This document shows positions 61,381 to 64,000 of a stretch of DNA of 64,000 nucleotides, piece by piece. The translations under genes and the position numbers were made by a program. Origin of the DNA: SAR202 cluster bacterium (GTDB taxonomy: Bacteria; Chloroflexota; Dehalococcoidia; UBA6926; VFHL01); NCBI GenBank assembly GCA_009392005.1, contig VFHL01000001.1, positions 184,392 through 248,391 of the forward strand, read 5' to 3'. Position 1 is the stretch's first letter. Each line of letters starts with the position of its first letter. A model generated the notes under the pieces. It made no database searches. It had not been told where the DNA came from and saw nothing but the letters and a program-made list of their open reading frames with translations.

Positions 61381-61701
61381 TTACCAGCGTCCGCCGCCGC
61401 CGCCGCGTCCGCCGCCGCCGCCGCCGAAGCCGCCGCCGCCGCCGCGAGGTCCCCTGTCTTCTCTGGGTCGGGATTCATTTACTGTTAATACCCGGCCAGT
61501 GAGTTCTGTTCCGTTTAGCGCTGCTATAGCCGCTTCTGCTTCAGTTTGTGTTGGCATTTCAACAAAACCAAAACCCCGTGAGCGTCCTGAATCACGATCT
61601 TTAACGATACGTGCTGAGGTCACTTCACCAAAGGGGGTGAAAGCTGCTTCTAGACTTGCTTCCGTTTCTGAAAACGAAAGGTTCCCTACATAGATGTTCA
61701 T
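61381..61701 (-). CDS. RRM-type RNA-binding protein with glycine/arginine-rich C-terminal tail
   Basis: RNP2 IYVGNL and RNP1 RGFGFVEM, then a tail [21 protein letters not shown]. The start is the ATG at 61701, preceded by GGAGGA. The track ORF uses an upstream TTG. Confidence 0.8.
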   Translation of the reverse strand: MNIYVGNLSFSETEASLEAAFTPFGEVTSARIVKDRDSGRSRGFGFVEMPTQTEAEAAIAALNGTELTGRVLTVNESRPREDRGPRGGGGGFGGGGGGRGGGGGRW

Positions 61702-62002
61702 GCGTGCTCCTCCAAGCTTCTTCAACTAATTGAATCGTCTCTATCGTCTGCAAGCATCGCATGCGTGTCACCCTGGAAAATCCTTTAGAAACGCAAAAAG
61801 CGGAACGAGATTGCAACCTGATAATGGATTCCGTGGGATCATAACATAACTTAGGAAGTGTGTCTCCCCCCTTGAATTGTGTATTTGTTGTGGTGTTTTT
61901 CGCTACGCAATCATGCCTTGGTTTGAGGTGTAAGTGGGTTGTAATAGGGGTTCTTGGTCCTTAGAATTGATTACACCACGAGGGTTAGGGGTGTAATCAA
62001 TT

Positions 62003-62493
62003 TGGAAAAGCTATCACATGTCGATTCTGAATTAGGCCCACAGATGGTAGATATTGGTGACAAGGAAACAACGACGCGCGAGGCCATTGCGCGTGGACGT
62101 GTTGATATGGATGCCAAGACCTTGGACGCGATTGATAATTCTAAAACTCCCAAAGGAGATGTGTTATCAGTTGCACAGCTTGCCGGAATAATGGCTGCAA
62201 AAGAAACGCACCGTCTAGTGCCATTGACACACACGTTGTTGCTGGATTCAGTGGAGGTTAAATTATCTTTGAATAGTGAAACATCCTCTGTTGAAATTGA
62301 ATCCACCGTCCGGACTAAAGGGAAAACAGGTGCAGAGATGGAAGCTCTTACGGCGGTTGCCGTATCAGCTTTGACGGTATACGACATGTGTAAGGGGCTT
62401 GATAAACAAATGAAGATTCAGGATGTACGTCTTGTGAGTAAAACTGGTGGGAAAAGTGGTGATGTTCGTTTGGAGGATTACAGGCAGTCCTGA
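62003..62493 (+). CDS. moaC: Cyclic pyranopterin monophosphate synthase
   Basis: LSHVD....MVDIGDK and the conserved MoaC core. The likely TTG start is at 62003, though the track ORF begins at 61954. Confidence 0.82.
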
Positions 62494-62563
62494 CAATCAT
62501 CTTTTGGGTTCGTGTCAATGTTGCACGGATTTTATAGAACGTTATTTATGATCGTGGAGTAGG

Positions 62564-63304
62564 ATGGAAATATTCCCTCAAGTTCATTTGTTGAATCGTG
62601 TTCGTGGAGCAAATGTTTTTCTCTTGAATGATGTGGTTGCGCCAACCCTTATTGATTCTGGACTGCCGTTTAGTGGGCGCAGAATAATCAAGTCTTTTGG
62701 CGACGTGGGCCTTGAAGCGACAGGATTGAAGCAAATTCTTCTGACTCATCATCATGTCGATCATTCTGGCGGAGCTGCACAGGTTCGTGATCAAACAACA
62801 GCTAAAGTGCTTTGCCATGTTGAAGATGCGGAATTCTTGATGCGGGGGAGACGTCGCAAACGGAACATGAAATTTCATCAAGGTCCGAGTCCGGATGGGT
62901 TTTTAAGTGAAGGGGATATTTTGCCTATTCTCGGTGGTTTAGAAGTGCTACATACACCTGGACACACGCCAGGAAGTTTGTGCTTTTATCTTCCCCGCTT
63001 TAACGCTGTGTTTGTGGGGGATTTGTTTTTGCATACTTCGGATCGGCTTAGTCGTCCATCACGGGGAGCAACTTTTCACGAGCAACAGTATGAAGAGTCG
63101 TTAAGTCGTATTGCTGATTTGAATGTTGATGTATGTTTCCCCTCGCATGGATCGCCGATTTTGAGCAATGCGTCTGACGCCATAAAACGTTTGAGAGATG
63201 TGCCTAGTGGACGACGTTCACGATCCAAGTTCATAGGGAAAATGCGTGATGTGCCAAAAGTGATTCGTTTCGGCATCAGTTTGTTCAAGAAAAATGATCA
63301 TTGA
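62564..63304 (+). CDS. MBL-fold metallo-hydrolase
   Basis: HHHVDHSGG (HxHxDH), and downstream HTPGHTPG plus SHG motifs. Confidence 0.75.
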   Translation: MEIFPQVHLLNRVRGANVFLLNDVVAPTLIDSGLPFSGRRIIKSFGDVGLEATGLKQILLTHHHVDHSGGAAQVRDQTTAKVLCHVEDAEFLMRGRRRKRNMKFHQGPSPDGFLSEGDILPILGGLEVLHTPGHTPGSLCFYLPRFNAVFVGDLFLHTSDRLSRPSRGATFHEQQYEESLSRIADLNVDVCFPSHGSPILSNASDAIKRLRDVPSGRRSRSKFIGKMRDVPKVIRFGISLFKKNDH

Positions 63305-63480
63305 ATCGAAAGTAACGTTTTTGATAATTTGAGTACGGATATGTTGTGTTATGAGTTCGTGTAAGAGACGTTAATTTGAGAAAATGCAGGTATGATTCAA
63401 ACGATTCAAACTTGGTCGTGTTGTTTTTATGCGATGGATTCTTTGTGATACAGTAGTTGCGTTCTTCTGATAGATGAGAG

Positions 63481-63888
63481 GTGAACATGCCTATTTACGA
63501 ATACGGATGTCGTAGTTGCAGGACAAGATCTAGCATCTTGGTGCGGTCTTATGACGCTCCTGAAGATCCCACTTGTCAGAATTGCGGTGCTTCCGATATC
63601 GTCAAACTTGTATCTGGTTTTGCGATCATTCGTTCCGAAGAAGATTTGATGAGTGGTCATGACCAAATGGATTGGTTGTATGATCTTGACCCGGATGACC
63701 CAGAAGGTCTTCAAAAGATTAAGGAATGGTCAAACAAGTCAGGTGTCCAGGACGATGGCCCTATGGGCCCAGACAATGTTCATCAAGATGATCTAGGAGT
63801 CCCCGGTTTTGGTCCTTCACCGATGATGGGTCCGACGATGCCAGGTGGATTTGATGATGGTGCTCACGGAGATTTTCACGGCATTTAG
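63481..63888 (+). CDS. FmdB-family zinc-ribbon protein
   Basis: MPIYEYGCRSCRTRS...CQNCG matches the N-terminal CxxC...CxxC zinc ribbon of the FmdB/'putative regulatory protein' family. It is followed by a G/P/D-rich tail. Confidence 0.6.
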   Translation: MNMPIYEYGCRSCRTRSSILVRSYDAPEDPTCQNCGASDIVKLVSGFAIIRSEEDLMSGHDQMDWLYDLDPDDPEGLQKIKEWSNKSGVQDDGPMGPDNVHQDDLGVPGFGPSPMMGPTMPGGFDDGAHGDFHGI

Positions 63889-64000
63889 ATGGCCGTTTTG
63901 ATCACATGGCTGATCTTTCTTTGCCCGTCTTTTCTACGAATATTGGAGCCTCGAAAGCTGTGTGCTTTGGTTCGCTTGCTTTGGGGACAGTGATATCAAC

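Noticed and set aside
61266-61693. Poly-Ala and poly-Pro ORFs (61266-61478 minus and 61334-61693 plus)
   Set aside because: These are translation artefacts of the (GGC)n tract and the antisense strand of the RRM protein gene.

Overview
This window looks like a stretch of bacterial chromosome made up mostly of housekeeping genes. I could support about 60 protein genes, one tRNA and three cis-regulatory RNA elements. I found no rRNA, CRISPR array, transposase or integrase.

The main gene blocks are:
- A tandem pair of thiolase paralogs, then purA, prs, secA and a T-box-controlled ileS.
- A cobalamin-riboswitch-controlled BtuCFD-like ABC importer (permease, lipoprotein binding protein, ATPase). 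The ATPase carries an extra C-terminal domain of about 170 aa that I could not place.
- serS, a complete glycine-cleavage operon (gcvT, gcvH, split gcvPA/gcvPB) and sufS-sufU.
- A set of oxidoreductase and hydrolase genes, an orphan family-5 binding protein with an N-terminal extension, and prfB with its canonical programmed +1 frameshift.
- tRNA-Pro(GGG), moeA, pheS and pheT separated by a small zinc-ribbon gene, an acyl-CoA dehydrogenase fragment, a crotonase and ubiE/menG.
- The conserved rpsB-tsf-pyrH-frr-uppS-cdsA-dxr-rseP-ispG block, then corC, tilS, a GT2 glycosyltransferase, a HIT protein, trkH/trkA-like K+ uptake genes, an RRM RNA-binding protein, moaC, an MBL hydrolase and an FmdB zinc-ribbon protein.

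Several features point to a monoderm, Chloroflexota-like organism, but this is a low-confidence inference: split GcvP, an RRM protein with a Gly-rich tail, a DRG/TGS GTPase, lipoprotein-type binding proteins, and T-box plus B12 riboswitches.

I do not see a convincing novel multi-gene system such as a defense island. The points most worth follow-up are:
- the B12-riboswitch operon with the fused ATPase domain;
- the small accessory-like islet at about 13.8-15.0 kb;
- the zinc-ribbon gene coupled into pheST;
- the apparent acidic N-terminal extension on ribosomal protein S2;
- the truncated ACAD gene;
- the unknown proteins at 8.4 kb and 37.1 kb.
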